From Phaeosaccion multiseriatum (Eukaryota; Protista; Ochrophyta, other classes): a stretch of DNA of 64,000 nt. The translations under genes and the position numbers were made by a program. The stretch lies in the NCBI GenBank assembly GCA_965112735.1, contig OZ218957.1:1736001-1800000 (forward strand), given 5' to 3'. Every line of letters starts with the position of its first letter. Position 1 is the stretch's first letter. Below are positions 10,968-26,498 of the stretch, one piece after another. The notes beneath the pieces are model-generated. The model had not been told where the DNA came from, searched no databases, and was given only the letters and a program-made list of their open reading frames with translations.

Positions 10968-11898
10968 TTAGAAAAGATTTTTTATTTTTCTTACAATAGT
11001 ATAATAGTGTACAGACCTTTGAGTAGCATACACAGTACGATAACTCTGCGGGGTTGTGCGTGTTGAGACTGTGTGTGTTTTGGACACCACAGCAACGCAA
11101 GCAAAAACACCCCAAATCAAAAAAAATAACGTATCCCCTTACAAACTGGTAGAGCTTGTAGTGCGTGGTGTGTATGTGTGTGTGCGTGCGTGTGCACAGT
11201 ACCAAGGGCCTCACACGCGATGCCGCCAAGCAAGCTCGCGCACTCGATCCAAACCCTCACTCGCTCCCTCCCCCCCTCCATCCCTCCCTCACTTCCCACT
11301 CAGTCTTGATGTCTACAAAGCGTGCCTTCCTCTCCAATCCGCCACTCAGCGTGTTAATGACAGCCACAACGTACGTGTGGCCTTCCTCCCGCCGCTCTCT
11401 CCAAAATGCGGTCTCGCCCTCCTCCCTCCCCCTCCCCCCCCCTCCCACCCCCTCTCTCTCTCTTTCACTCTATTTTTCATTGTCTTTCTTTCTCTAGTAA
11501 TAAAAGGGTCGCACCGCCCATCGTGTAATAGTAAAATTGATCCACACAAACGCACACACACATACACACACACACACTCCCCAAGGCTCTGTCCACAGCA
11601 GGCCACCCTCCTTACATCCCTCCTCCCCCATCCCTCCCCCCCCCCTCCCCTCCTTCGTCCTCCTCCCCTCCACCTCCTCCTCCCCCCTCTCCTCACGGAT
11701 TGCCATTGGTACCTCAGTGGACAAGTAAACCCCCTGCAGGAAACAAACTGTAGGAAACAAAATCTCCTCCCTCCTCTCCTCTCCTCTTCTCCTCTGCCCT
11801 CCCCCCCCCCCCCCCCCCCCCCCAAAACCCAAACTAACAAAAAGTCCTCCCAAAAACACCACAACACGCCATACCGTTCATTGCAAAAGGGAGATTGG

Positions 11899-11932
<34 letters not shown>

Positions 11933-12149
11933 ATGTGTGTGTCCGCCCGCGCGTCCGTCGTACGGCGTGAGGCGTGAGCCGCTCGAGGGAGAAACAGTGG
12001 CAGCTGGATGGATGTGGATGGCCTCCCGTCTTGACTCCCTCCGATAGAGCGGCTCCGATCCCGACGACGCCTTGAACATCTTGACGTGTGAGTCGTTGTC
12101 CCGTCTCCCTAGTAGACTTGGGCTGTCCCTAGTAGACTTGGGGCTATCT

Positions 12150-13256
12150 CTAGTAGGCTTGGGCGTGCTCCGGGATTCGCCCGGGCCGGTGTGAGCTCCA
12201 ATCCAGTGTGCTCCGCGGCTTCGGTGACGGGGCGGCAGGGGAGCAGGGAGGCGGGGGAGGCGGGGGAGGGGGAGACGAGGAGTCAGCCCGGAACGGCTGG
12301 CCGCCCCGAGACAGCTTCCTGCCTCTTTCTTCCCCTCCTCCTCCTCCTCCTCCTCCTCCTCCTCCTCCTCCTCCTGCTGCTGCTGCTGCTGCTGCTCCTG
12401 CTGCTGCTGCTCCTCCTCCTTCTCCTGCTGCTGCTGCTCCTGCTGCTCCTCCTCCTCCTCCTCTTCCGAAGGGGGAGCAGGGAGGGGGGGGGGGGGGAGG
12501 AGGGGGAGACGAGGAGCCGGCGCGGAACCGCTGGCCGCTCACACGTGGCTGCCTGCCTCTTCCACCTCCCTCTCCTACTGCCGCTGCTGCTGCTACTGCT
12601 GCTGCTGCTGCTGCTTTGACCGCAAAGGGGCTGGTCATGAGCGTCTGTGGGGACCCACCATGCCCGTCAGCCGACGAAAGGAGTGCTGATGCTGTTGTTG
12701 GCAGCAGTGGTGCCCCTGGTGGTGCCAGAAATAGGGAGAAGCTTTCATCGGCCTGTGCCTCTCCTGCTGTAGCACAACGTCGCAGCCCATCCCCCCGCCC
12801 CTGCTCATAGCTCGCAATGAGCTCACCGTGCAAAGGCATGATAGGCTCCGCACCGAGCCTCTCCCCCACCGGCAGGTCGCTGTCCTGCCAGTGCCTTGGG
12901 CTTGTTGGCTGGCTGTGGGGAACAGCCTCCCAGGCTGCTGGCACTGGGTCACCTTCTTCTGCTCCTCCTTTCTCTACCCCTCCTCTTTCCTTCATCTCTA
13001 CGGAGCTGTAGAAGAGATGCGCCTGCGGCTCCGGCACTACAAGCTCAAGCAACTCTTCGGCACCGTTGTGACCCGTCACATCGGCTCCAACCAACGCTTG
13101 GACGAGCTGGTTGTCCACGAGGGCCGGTGCCCCATCCCCCCCACTTAAGTGCACCTCGTGCGCGTCCATGATTTCTTGCAGCACCCCTTTAACTCGTGCT
13201 GCGTCAACAGTGACGACCACTCCGTTGGGAGCAAACTCTGCACTTGACTCTGCCAT
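12150..13256 (-). CDS. Hypothetical low-complexity protein (368 aa)
   Basis: ATG-initiated ORF with a non-repetitive N-terminal half; shares a short motif (YEQGRG..C..GEA....FS) with ORF 16494..18059. Confidence 0.4.
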   Translation of the reverse strand: MAESSAEFAPNGVVVTVDAARVKGVLQEIMDAHEVHLSGGDGAPALVDNQLVQALVGADVTGHNGAEELLELVVPEPQAHLFYSSVEMKERGGVEKGGAEEGDPVPAAWEAVPHSQPTSPRHWQDSDLPVGERLGAEPIMPLHGELIASYEQGRGDGLRRCATAGEAQADESFSLFLAPPGAPLLPTTASALLSSADGHGGSPQTLMTSPFAVKAAAAAAVAAAAAVGEGGGRGRQPRVSGQRFRAGSSSPPPPPPPPPCSPFGRGGGGGAAGAAAAGEGGGAAAAGAAAAAAAGGGGGGGGGGGGGGEERGRKLSRGGQPFRADSSSPPPPPPPPPCSPAAPSPKPRSTLDWSSHRPGRIPEHAQAY

Positions 13257-14689
13257 ATTTCAAGCGCCCTCTCTTTCTTCTTCCCTCCCTCCTTAATTAT
13301 TGCCAACCGCCCCTGATGGAGGGGATGACTGGACAATGATGGACCGCCGGTAACACGGGCGGTTGAGAACCCCTCGATTGCGAACGCAACGGTTACAGAT
13401 TGAAGTCCAAACTAATTTAGAGGCATACGCAGCATCGACTGGCGTTTGGGTGTACTTCGTATCATGTATGTGTGTGTGTAGAAGGAGGGGGGCGGGGGAT
13501 GATGCGAAGACCTACTCTCACTCACTGGCTCACAGACGAGCCAAAGTTGTCTCAAGAACTGAAATCCACACTGTAACGTTGAAGGCACGCTGGAGGGTGT
13601 GTATGCGTGCGCGAGTGTGTGTGTGTGTGTGTGTGTGCGTGATATGTGGGATAAACGCGAGCGATGAAGGCGAAGGCCAACTCACTCCCTGCTGATGAAG
13701 GCTCCCTTATCAATTCTCTTGTTTACTTAACTTATACCCCCCATCTGCATGTGTGACCCTATAAGTTGACACATTGAATCACACATCGGGTGCGCCTGTT
13801 GTGGACTGTGACTTTATGTACAGCCAGCACTACAGTGACGCAGGAACCAAAAATCAAAACAAAAAACAAGAAAAGAAACCGTCCGAAGTATCATACCTAC
13901 AAACTCGAACACTCGCTCGTAGAGCGTGTGTGTGCGTGTGTGCGTATGTATGCGTGCGTGCGTGTGGCAGAAAGGGCCACACACGTACATGCCGTCAAGC
14001 CCGCTCACTCCACCCAACCCACATACACACCCTCTTCCCTGCTCCTTGCCTCCCTCGCAACTCAGTCTGGTTTTCTGCACCCTGTCCCTCCCTCCCCCCA
14101 ACATGCACACACACACACACACGGGCGCGCGCGCGCACCGTATAGCACTTTCCCTCCACTCTCCTTGCATCCCTCCTCACTCCATCCCCCCTCCCTCCTA
14201 CCCTCCCTCCTTCTACAACAAAAAGAATGCCCTAAAGCCACACACACAGCCCACATACAACAACAACAACAAAAACGAAAAATTGGACGTGTGTGTGTGT
14301 GCGTGTGTGCGTGCGTGCGTGCGTGCGTGCGTGCGTGTGTCCGGCCCTTGTGCCGCGTGAGCGTGGGCCAACGCCAAGCAAGCAACACACATCTTCCCAC
14401 CCGCCCCTGGCTGGCATGCCAATGTATGGATGGCAGTGGATGGCAGTGGATGGCATGGTCGTGGATGCCATCCGTGCTTCCGCTCTTGCTTCCGTCCGCT
14501 CGTCCGTGCTCCCCTTCCAAGAAAAAGCAATCACGTCGCTGGTATTCGAGCGTTCTCCTCCTTGGCCAAGTGGTGCACTGCGCTGCTGTCATCTGTGTCG
14601 GGCACGCCTCTCCTCTCCTGTCCTCTCCTCTCCTCTCCCGTACCTCTCTTCCTCCTTTTTTCGCTCATTTCCCTTCTCTCTTCTCTCTT

Positions 14690-14818
14690 CTCCTCTCCTC
14701 TCCTCTCCTCTCCTCTCCTCTCCTCTCCTCTCCTCTCCTCTCCTCTCCTCTCCTCTCCTCTCCTCTCCTCTCCTCTCCTCTCCTCTCCTCTCCTCTCCTC
14801 TCCTCTCCTCTCCTCTCC
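14690..14818. repeat. (CTCTC)n microsatellite
   Basis: Directly visible pentanucleotide run. Confidence 0.95.
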
Positions 14819-15145
14819 GCTCCACTCCTCTCTTCGTTCCCCTGTCCCTTCTTCGCCCCTCACCTCCCTCCCCTCCCCTTTACGATGGTGCGTGTACCGG
14901 TACCCTTTGTCTACCTCGCCGGCGATATCGCTGCTGGCGACGGTCGTTTATGGCATCAAGGCGCCACAGGCAGTGGCTGGGCCCTTCTGCCACAGAGTGC
15001 CATCCGCAAGGGAGAACGCCCCCCCCCAAGCAAAAAGTGGAGAGGTCTAGGCTACATGTAGTAGTAGGCCCCTTTCAAGCGAGGGGATAAATGCCGAGCG
15101 ATGGAGGAGGGAGGGTTGGAGTGGAGGGAGGAAGGCAGGGGCGCT

Positions 15146-16165
15146 TCAGCTGCTGGGTGCGGCGAGCTGCTGCTGCTGCTGCTGCTGCTGCACCTGTATC
15201 ACCAACTTGTGCTCGATCACGAGCTGCTGTTTGTGCTGCTGCTGTATCGCCAGCTGCTGCTGCTGCACCACCCATTGCAGCTGCTTTATTGCCACCTGCT
15301 TCTCCTGCAAATCCAGCTCCAGCTGTATCGCCAACTGCTGCTTCTTCTGCTCTATCAGCAGCTGCTGTTGCTGTAACACCAAGGGCATTATCACCGGCTG
15401 CTGGTGCTGCTCCTGTATCGCCAACACCCGCTGCTGCATCACCAACGGCTGCAGCTGCTCTTCAAATACCGACTCCTGCCGGTTTATCACCTCCTGCAGC
15501 TCCTGTATCACCAATCGCTGCTGTTGCGCGCGCTCCTCTCGACGAACCGCCGGTTCTGCTGGTGTATCAACAACTGCTCCCACTCCTCCTGCCGCTGCTT
15601 CGATAGCGAAGAGGCTGCTCCTGTGCGGCTGTCTAGGCCTAGGCCCGAGAGCCATGGGGCTTGGACGCAACGGCCCCTGCCCCACCCCAGCAACCGCAGC
15701 AGTTGGTGATACAGCAGTTGGCAGCTCAGGAGTTGATGGTACATTAGCTGCATCAGCCGCTCGCGTCGCATTCAGGAGCGCCTTCCGCCGGAGCTCATCA
15801 GCGGCAGCTCGTGGAGCGAAAGCACGCATACTTGCCGCTGCCGCTGCTTCAGCTGTTGCTTCGACGGCGAAGATGGTGCGCCTTGATGGTCGCTTGGGCT
15901 TGGGCCCGACAGCAAAAGAACCTCGCCGCAAGGATCCCTGCCCAGCCCTGGCAGCAGCAACAGTTGGTGATACAGCAGCTGTTGCTACAACAGTTGGTAG
16001 TCCAGCCGTCGCCTGCGCCTCTGCGACCGCCTTCAGCAGCGCCGCCCTCCTCCACTCGTCGTGGTGTGCGTGGCCACCCCCGGCCTGCCGCTTGTGGCTG
16101 AGAGCGTCACGTACTTGACGCAACTCCCTCAACACCTTGCCGAGGTCATTCAAGGAGGCCCACAA
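15146..16165 (-). CDS. Hypothetical protein or exon with an internal duplication and Gln-rich tail (possibly spliced to 16494..18059)
   Basis: Open 339 codons containing two copies of RRxALL.A...AVSPT.A.A..GQG.LR....GP.P+.P.R...FA+EA; the tail is built from 21-bp motif repeats. Confidence 0.35.
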   Translation of the reverse strand: MWASLNDLGKVLRELRQVRDALSHKRQAGGGHAHHDEWRRAALLKAVAEAQATAGLPTVVATAAVSPTVAAARAGQGSLRRGSFAVGPKPKRPSRRTIFAVEATAEAAAAASMRAFAPRAAADELRRKALLNATRAADAANVPSTPELPTAVSPTAAVAGVGQGPLRPSPMALGPRPRQPHRSSLFAIEAAAGGVGAVVDTPAEPAVRREERAQQQRLVIQELQEVINRQESVFEEQLQPLVMQQRVLAIQEQHQQPVIMPLVLQQQQLLIEQKKQQLAIQLELDLQEKQVAIKQLQWVVQQQQLAIQQQHKQQLVIEHKLVIQVQQQQQQQQLAAPSS

Positions 16166-16493
16166 CAGCGACAGGGTCGCGCTAGTCCTCAGAACGCCCC
16201 CCTCCGCATCATCCTTCCCGTTGTCGTTGTGGTTGTTGTTGTCCTTCTCCTCCTGCTTCTTGAGCTCCTTCTCCCCCTCCAGCCCCTTGCTCTCATCGTA
16301 GGGAGAGCAGACTCGCCCCTCCCTTGCTGCTGCCAGTCCCGCTGCTTCTGCTTCTCGGCGGCGCCGAATGTCGGTCTGTGGAAGAAGATGGCAGGGGGGG
16401 GGGGGGGGGGAGGTTCGACGTGGTGAGTGGGCAGGCTGCTTGCCTTGCTTACCAAAGCTCTCGCCACGACAATAGCAACAACTGAGTCTGAAA

Positions 16494-18059
16494 CTAAAGC
16501 GAAAACCCTCTTACCTGCAGGTTTAGCTTCATCTTGAGCAGATCGGCACGCCTGGCCCTGAGCTGCTGTCGGAGCACCAACTCCTGCTCTTCCCGCATGG
16601 CAGCGGAGGCCTCACTCTCTGGGGAATACACGAGGGCGACGTGGGCGTGCGCGTGTCCAAGTGTGGGTGCGTGCGAAGGCTCAGGCGAGGGCGGCGGGGG
16701 TGGGTGGAGTGGAGGTGTGGGTGACCGGAGCGTGGCCATTGCTCCTGGTGCTTCGGCTTCGGCTTCCGTGGGCGGTTCTGCGGTTACTACAGGCCATGTC
16801 TCCTGAGTGCCCCATGTGGAGGGGACCACTTGAAGAGGGCGAGTGAACAGGGCCTTAGCTCCTCCGCCTTCCCACAGCAGCTGCTCTCCCTCCCCTCCCC
16901 CTCCGACGACTACTGCTGGTGCGGGTGACAAGCATGGGCTCGGGGAGAAATCATCATTCGTCAGTGCCTCTCCTGTGGCACCACACTGTGCCCCCCCCCC
17001 CCCTCTTCCCTGCTCGTATCTGTCCTCAGTAGTCCCCGTCCACGCCTGGTGCTCGTGGCTCTCCGCCCGGGAAGGCACGGGGGAAGCAAGCAGGCTTGTG
17101 TCCTGCATCGAGTAGTAGGAGTCTGTGCCCCACTGCTGGTAGTAGTCGCCTGCTATATCGTTCTCACTCACTCCGTCCGCTCCCTGCAAATGCTGCTCTG
17201 TACCACCTTCCGAAGGGCGGCTATCATCGCAGGTGTGTCTGAGTGCCCTCACCACCAGCTCGTCTAACTCATTCGTCAGAGCTCGAAGCCTTGTTACCGA
17301 AACAACCCCTTGTTCGGCGAGGTCGACGAGGTCCGCGTGGGCTAGTAATGCCTGAGCCTGTCCCCCCATACACATGAGCATGTCCAGCAGACCTCGCAGC
17401 GTCGCTGAAGGAGCAATCACTTCCTCTTCTTCTCCAACAAGTCCGTCAAGCCACTTTGTAAAGCTCCGCCGTGCTGTACTAGTCTGTACCACTGCTGCTG
17501 CTGCTGCTCCTCGTCTCTCCTCTCTCTCTCCCTGCAGGTTCAACAACTGATCTGTGGGTGCCAACTCCGCTGCGGCTCTTCCTCCTCCGCCTCTCTCACC
17601 TGTCTTAGTACTCTCGGACTGCCCTCCGCCGAGGACTTCTTGACAGCCAATGCGGGCGCTGGAGCTGCTGGCGGTACCCCGTCGGACCCCTGCGCCTTCC
17701 GGGCTCGGAGAGTCGACGTGCTCCCACCCTTCCCATGCGTAGCTGCTGCTGAGCTCCATCTCTCGGTGGTGGGGTTCAAGCTCAATCGCGACGTCGGCCG
17801 GGTCAGCAGTCAAGTCCACGCTTTGAAACCTGGCCCGACGACCGGATGTGTGGGGAACGAAGACTTGTTCTATCACACTTGCTTCTTTTTGCTCGTCATC
17901 AACGAGCTGGTACGGAAGGTCTTCTCCCACCACACCCACCACTCCGTCTTCTTGTTGCTCGGCATCAGTGAGCAGGTACCGAAGGTCCTCTCCCCCCGCC
18001 GTATCACAACAAATGCTGAATGCCTCCTGCTCCCGCGTCTCTCCTACCCCCTCTTCCAT
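16494..18059 (-). CDS. Hypothetical acidic protein (521 aa), possibly the first exon of a longer gene
   Basis: Long ATG-initiated non-repetitive ORF; candidate donor CAG|GTAAGA just before the stop. No recognisable domain. Confidence 0.5.
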   Translation of the reverse strand: MEEGVGETREQEAFSICCDTAGGEDLRYLLTDAEQQEDGVVGVVGEDLPYQLVDDEQKEASVIEQVFVPHTSGRRARFQSVDLTADPADVAIELEPHHREMELSSSYAWEGWEHVDSPSPEGAGVRRGTASSSSARIGCQEVLGGGQSESTKTGERGGGGRAAAELAPTDQLLNLQGEREERRGAAAAAVVQTSTARRSFTKWLDGLVGEEEEVIAPSATLRGLLDMLMCMGGQAQALLAHADLVDLAEQGVVSVTRLRALTNELDELVVRALRHTCDDSRPSEGGTEQHLQGADGVSENDIAGDYYQQWGTDSYYSMQDTSLLASPVPSRAESHEHQAWTGTTEDRYEQGRGGGGAQCGATGEALTNDDFSPSPCLSPAPAVVVGGGGEGEQLLWEGGGAKALFTRPLQVVPSTWGTQETWPVVTAEPPTEAEAEAPGAMATLRSPTPPLHPPPPPSPEPSHAPTLGHAHAHVALVYSPESEASAAMREEQELVLRQQLRARRADLLKMKLNLQVRGFSL

Positions 18060-18584
18060 TTCCAGCGCTACTCTTGCTTGGCTGGTTGTTTGCGCGCCTC
18101 GCTCGCTTATCGCTCACTCTCTTTTCATCAACCTTTCCTGAGGGACAAACTCCAGTGGTGACATTTTGGCAGAAGTACAAGTGGAGAAATACACATACCC
18201 CCAACCCCCCCACCCATCTCCGCTCATCTCCGCTCCCGCTTTCGTGGACGAGGAGTCTGCCGTGCCTCGCCCCCCCCTGGGTAACCGTTACATATCAGCA
18301 GAAAAACTCCAACTGAATTTTGATTTCAGTTGGGTTTGGGTTTGCTTGAAGTGAGGCGTGTTTTTTCTTATCTTCGAGGGGAGAGCAGCAGCGACACAGA
18401 GCAGACGCCCACAGACACACAGACAGGCGCACATATGTGGCAGGCTCACGGGGCGACGCATGTCGAGCTGGCGGAGAAGCTCCGAGGTACGCAGTGTTCG
18501 TTTTAGGAAGAGCAAGTCTTTCCGACGTGATTGCCCGCCTCATCCTTTCGTGTGACCGCAATATACCGCGGCGGGTCCTGCCGT

Positions 18585-23922
<5,338 letters not shown>

Positions 23923-24456
23923 GGTCGGAAGGGAAGGGAAGAGAAGGGAAGGGGCGGGGCGTGGGAGGAGAACAAGATCGAGAACGAGGACGGGACGAGA
24001 AGGAGGACAAAGAGGAGGAGGGGTGGGAGGACAGGGAGGAGAGCGCGGGAAGGGGGAAGAGAGCGAAGACGACAAACCAGCAAGGTAGGACGGGGCTCTC
24101 TTTGCCTTGTTGTTGTGGTGGTAGTGGTGGTGGTAGTGGTGGTGTTGGTGGTGATGGTCATGGTTTCTGAAGGGGCGATAAGGGCCGTGTAAACATGTGC
24201 ATGCGAGGGGTGGGTGGGACGGGGAGGGTGTAAACACGGGATGGAAAGGGTGTGTAAGTGTGGGTATGTATGGGTATGTATGGGTATGTAAGGGTATATA
24301 CGGGTGTGTAATGAGCGTGTAAGGGTATTGATTTAATGCCGCTAAGGAGAGAGGAGGCGTGCTTGGTATAACAAGGTTTGTTCTTACGTAAGTACGATGG
24401 AAGAGTGAGAGAGATAACACAGAGGGGAGCCTGCCTTGTCTTGTGCTGTATCAACG

Positions 24457-24489
<33 letters not shown>

Positions 24490-25055
24490 CACAAATGCGG
24501 TACGGGAGCCTGTGTTGTGTGAAGGAGGGAGCAAGTATGTAGTAGTCTCACTTTCCCACAGAGAAGAGACGGGGACGTACTAACTAATACGTAATACGTA
24601 CATTGTATGGTATGGGAGAGGGGTACGTAAGGGGCGGCCGATTGGCTGTGAGAATGGCACTGTCGGATAGGAAGGAGTAGTTGTAGGTAAGAAAGGTGAG
24701 GCATTGGAATCAGTCAATCAATCAATCATCCAATGAATCGCCGTGAGCAGTGTTCGGCAAGTAGCACGACGTATATACTTTAAAAAAAAAAAAAAAAATT
24801 ATATATATATATATATATAATAATAATGATCGCACTGCCGATTGACCTAACGACCTGTTCGCCACTCCCTCGGCGGAGTGTCGTGGTCATGAGCTCCCTG
24901 CTCACTCCGACGTCAGTAACATCGCCATGATGAGTATGGGAGCCTGACAGCAAGAGAGCAGCCGAACCTACGGCAGCCCAGCCTGATGGCCTCACAGCCT
25001 GACAGCCTCTCCTCCCCATCCCACAACCGAATCAAAGAAGATGCAAGTGATCTAA

Positions 25056-26498
25056 TCAAATCAAATCGGCGAGCTTGAGAGACTTGGCCACGAGGAAAGG
25101 CCCCTCCTCGTCGGTAGCTTTGACCCGGCTCATGCCTTCCGTGCTCCCGCCGCCTCCCTGCACAGCCAACACAACACACATGAATACATCCAGAGGGCAA
25201 CAGCAGCAGAGCAGAGCAGCAGCGAGGGCCCGGCGTAAGAGCGACAGGGCGCAACTGCTTCACACGAGTCCGTGTGTACGGGTCACGTCAAGCACGGGGC
25301 AGAGATGTGAAAGAAGTCGTACTTTTGCTATACTGATACCTATCCCCTGAACTCAGACCCCGCTAGGGAATTCACAGGATAGGCACCAGTCTATCAAAAG
25401 TACGAGTTCTACCAAGAACACTCCCAGCATCCATCGTGGTAGTGGCAAGGCGTGAAAGTCACTCACCCCATTACCCTCCTCCCTGTTGGCTTATTCCAAC
25501 CCACAACCCCTTGGACAAGACTCGCAGACGCTTCCACCCCTCTCTCTCCTCGTCGATGCTCTCGGTCTTCCGCTGTCTCCTGCCCCAAGCCTCCGACCTC
25601 CAACACCCCCTAGCCCCCCCCCGACCCACCCACACCCACCCACTCATCCACCCACCCACCATGGTACGATGGTGCAAGCCAAGCTTCACCGCGGCGAAGA
25701 TAGGCAGGAGATGAGGCGGACGGCTTCGCGTCACTACATCCCCAGTCCCGAGGTATCAGCACCAGCACAAGCCCCTGCCACGCCCCCCACACGCACGCAC
25801 GCTCGCAGCGCCTTCCGTCCCCGCCTCTTCTTCTCACTCGCCACCACCATGCCCTCCTCCAGCACCTCCCACTCGTCCTGCTGCTTCTCGTCATCCTCGT
25901 CACCCCCTCCTCCTCCTGAGCGATAGCGCTCGTAGGCAGACACAAAGCCTCGAATCGTGCTCTCCAGGCTGGTCCCCTTCCTCTTGGTGCGCACAGCGTA
26001 GTGGGGCAGCAGCAACACCTTACTCTGGCCCACAGACACCACCACGCCATTCGACAGCTCCCTATCCCGGTGGCCCCAGCAGGCTATGGCAGCGTCGGCA
26101 GCAGCATCTTCCAGCTCTCTCCACAGACCATTGGGAAGCTGAATCTCATCCCCGGCATGAAGCCCCAGCCTCGCAAGCAAACCTACTCCATCCCCATCCT
26201 GCTCCGCTGCTTCCTTCTCTTCTTGCTGCCTCTCCCCTCCCTCAACTGAAGGGGGGAACTTCGCCCTCTTCCTTCCTCTCGTATCGATATCGGTGGCAGC
26301 TCCTCGCTTGGGTTTAGGCGTGCCCTGGGTTATCTTCCCCGTCTGCTCCGCTCCCTCCCTTTTCATTCGAGCATGGCGTTTACACATCCCACCACATCCA
26401 CCCTGGGCTTGCTTCTCACACCCCTCCACAGTACACATCTTGACCACAGCTCCATGCCTAATGCATAATCCTCCCTGCTGTGACAGCTTCTCACACCC
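25056..26498 (-). CDS. 3' part of WRKY19-like zinc-finger repeat gene, paralogue R (continues at 33227-33448 beyond retrotransposon C)
   Basis: GCEKLSQQGGLCIRHG / CTVEGCEKQAQGGCGGMCKRH; highly similar in inverted orientation to 9644-10972; stop ...ADLI* at 25056-25058. Confidence 0.72.
25312..25410. mobile_element. ~100-bp hairpin / MITE-like insertion in an intron of paralogue R
   Basis: Imperfect 40-bp inverted arms at 25312-25351 and 25371-25410; absent from the homologous position of paralogue L. Confidence 0.6.

Noticed and set aside
11000-15060. ORFs 11056..11970 and 13790..15061
   Set aside because: Composed largely of simple repeats, with no coherent protein-like sequence.
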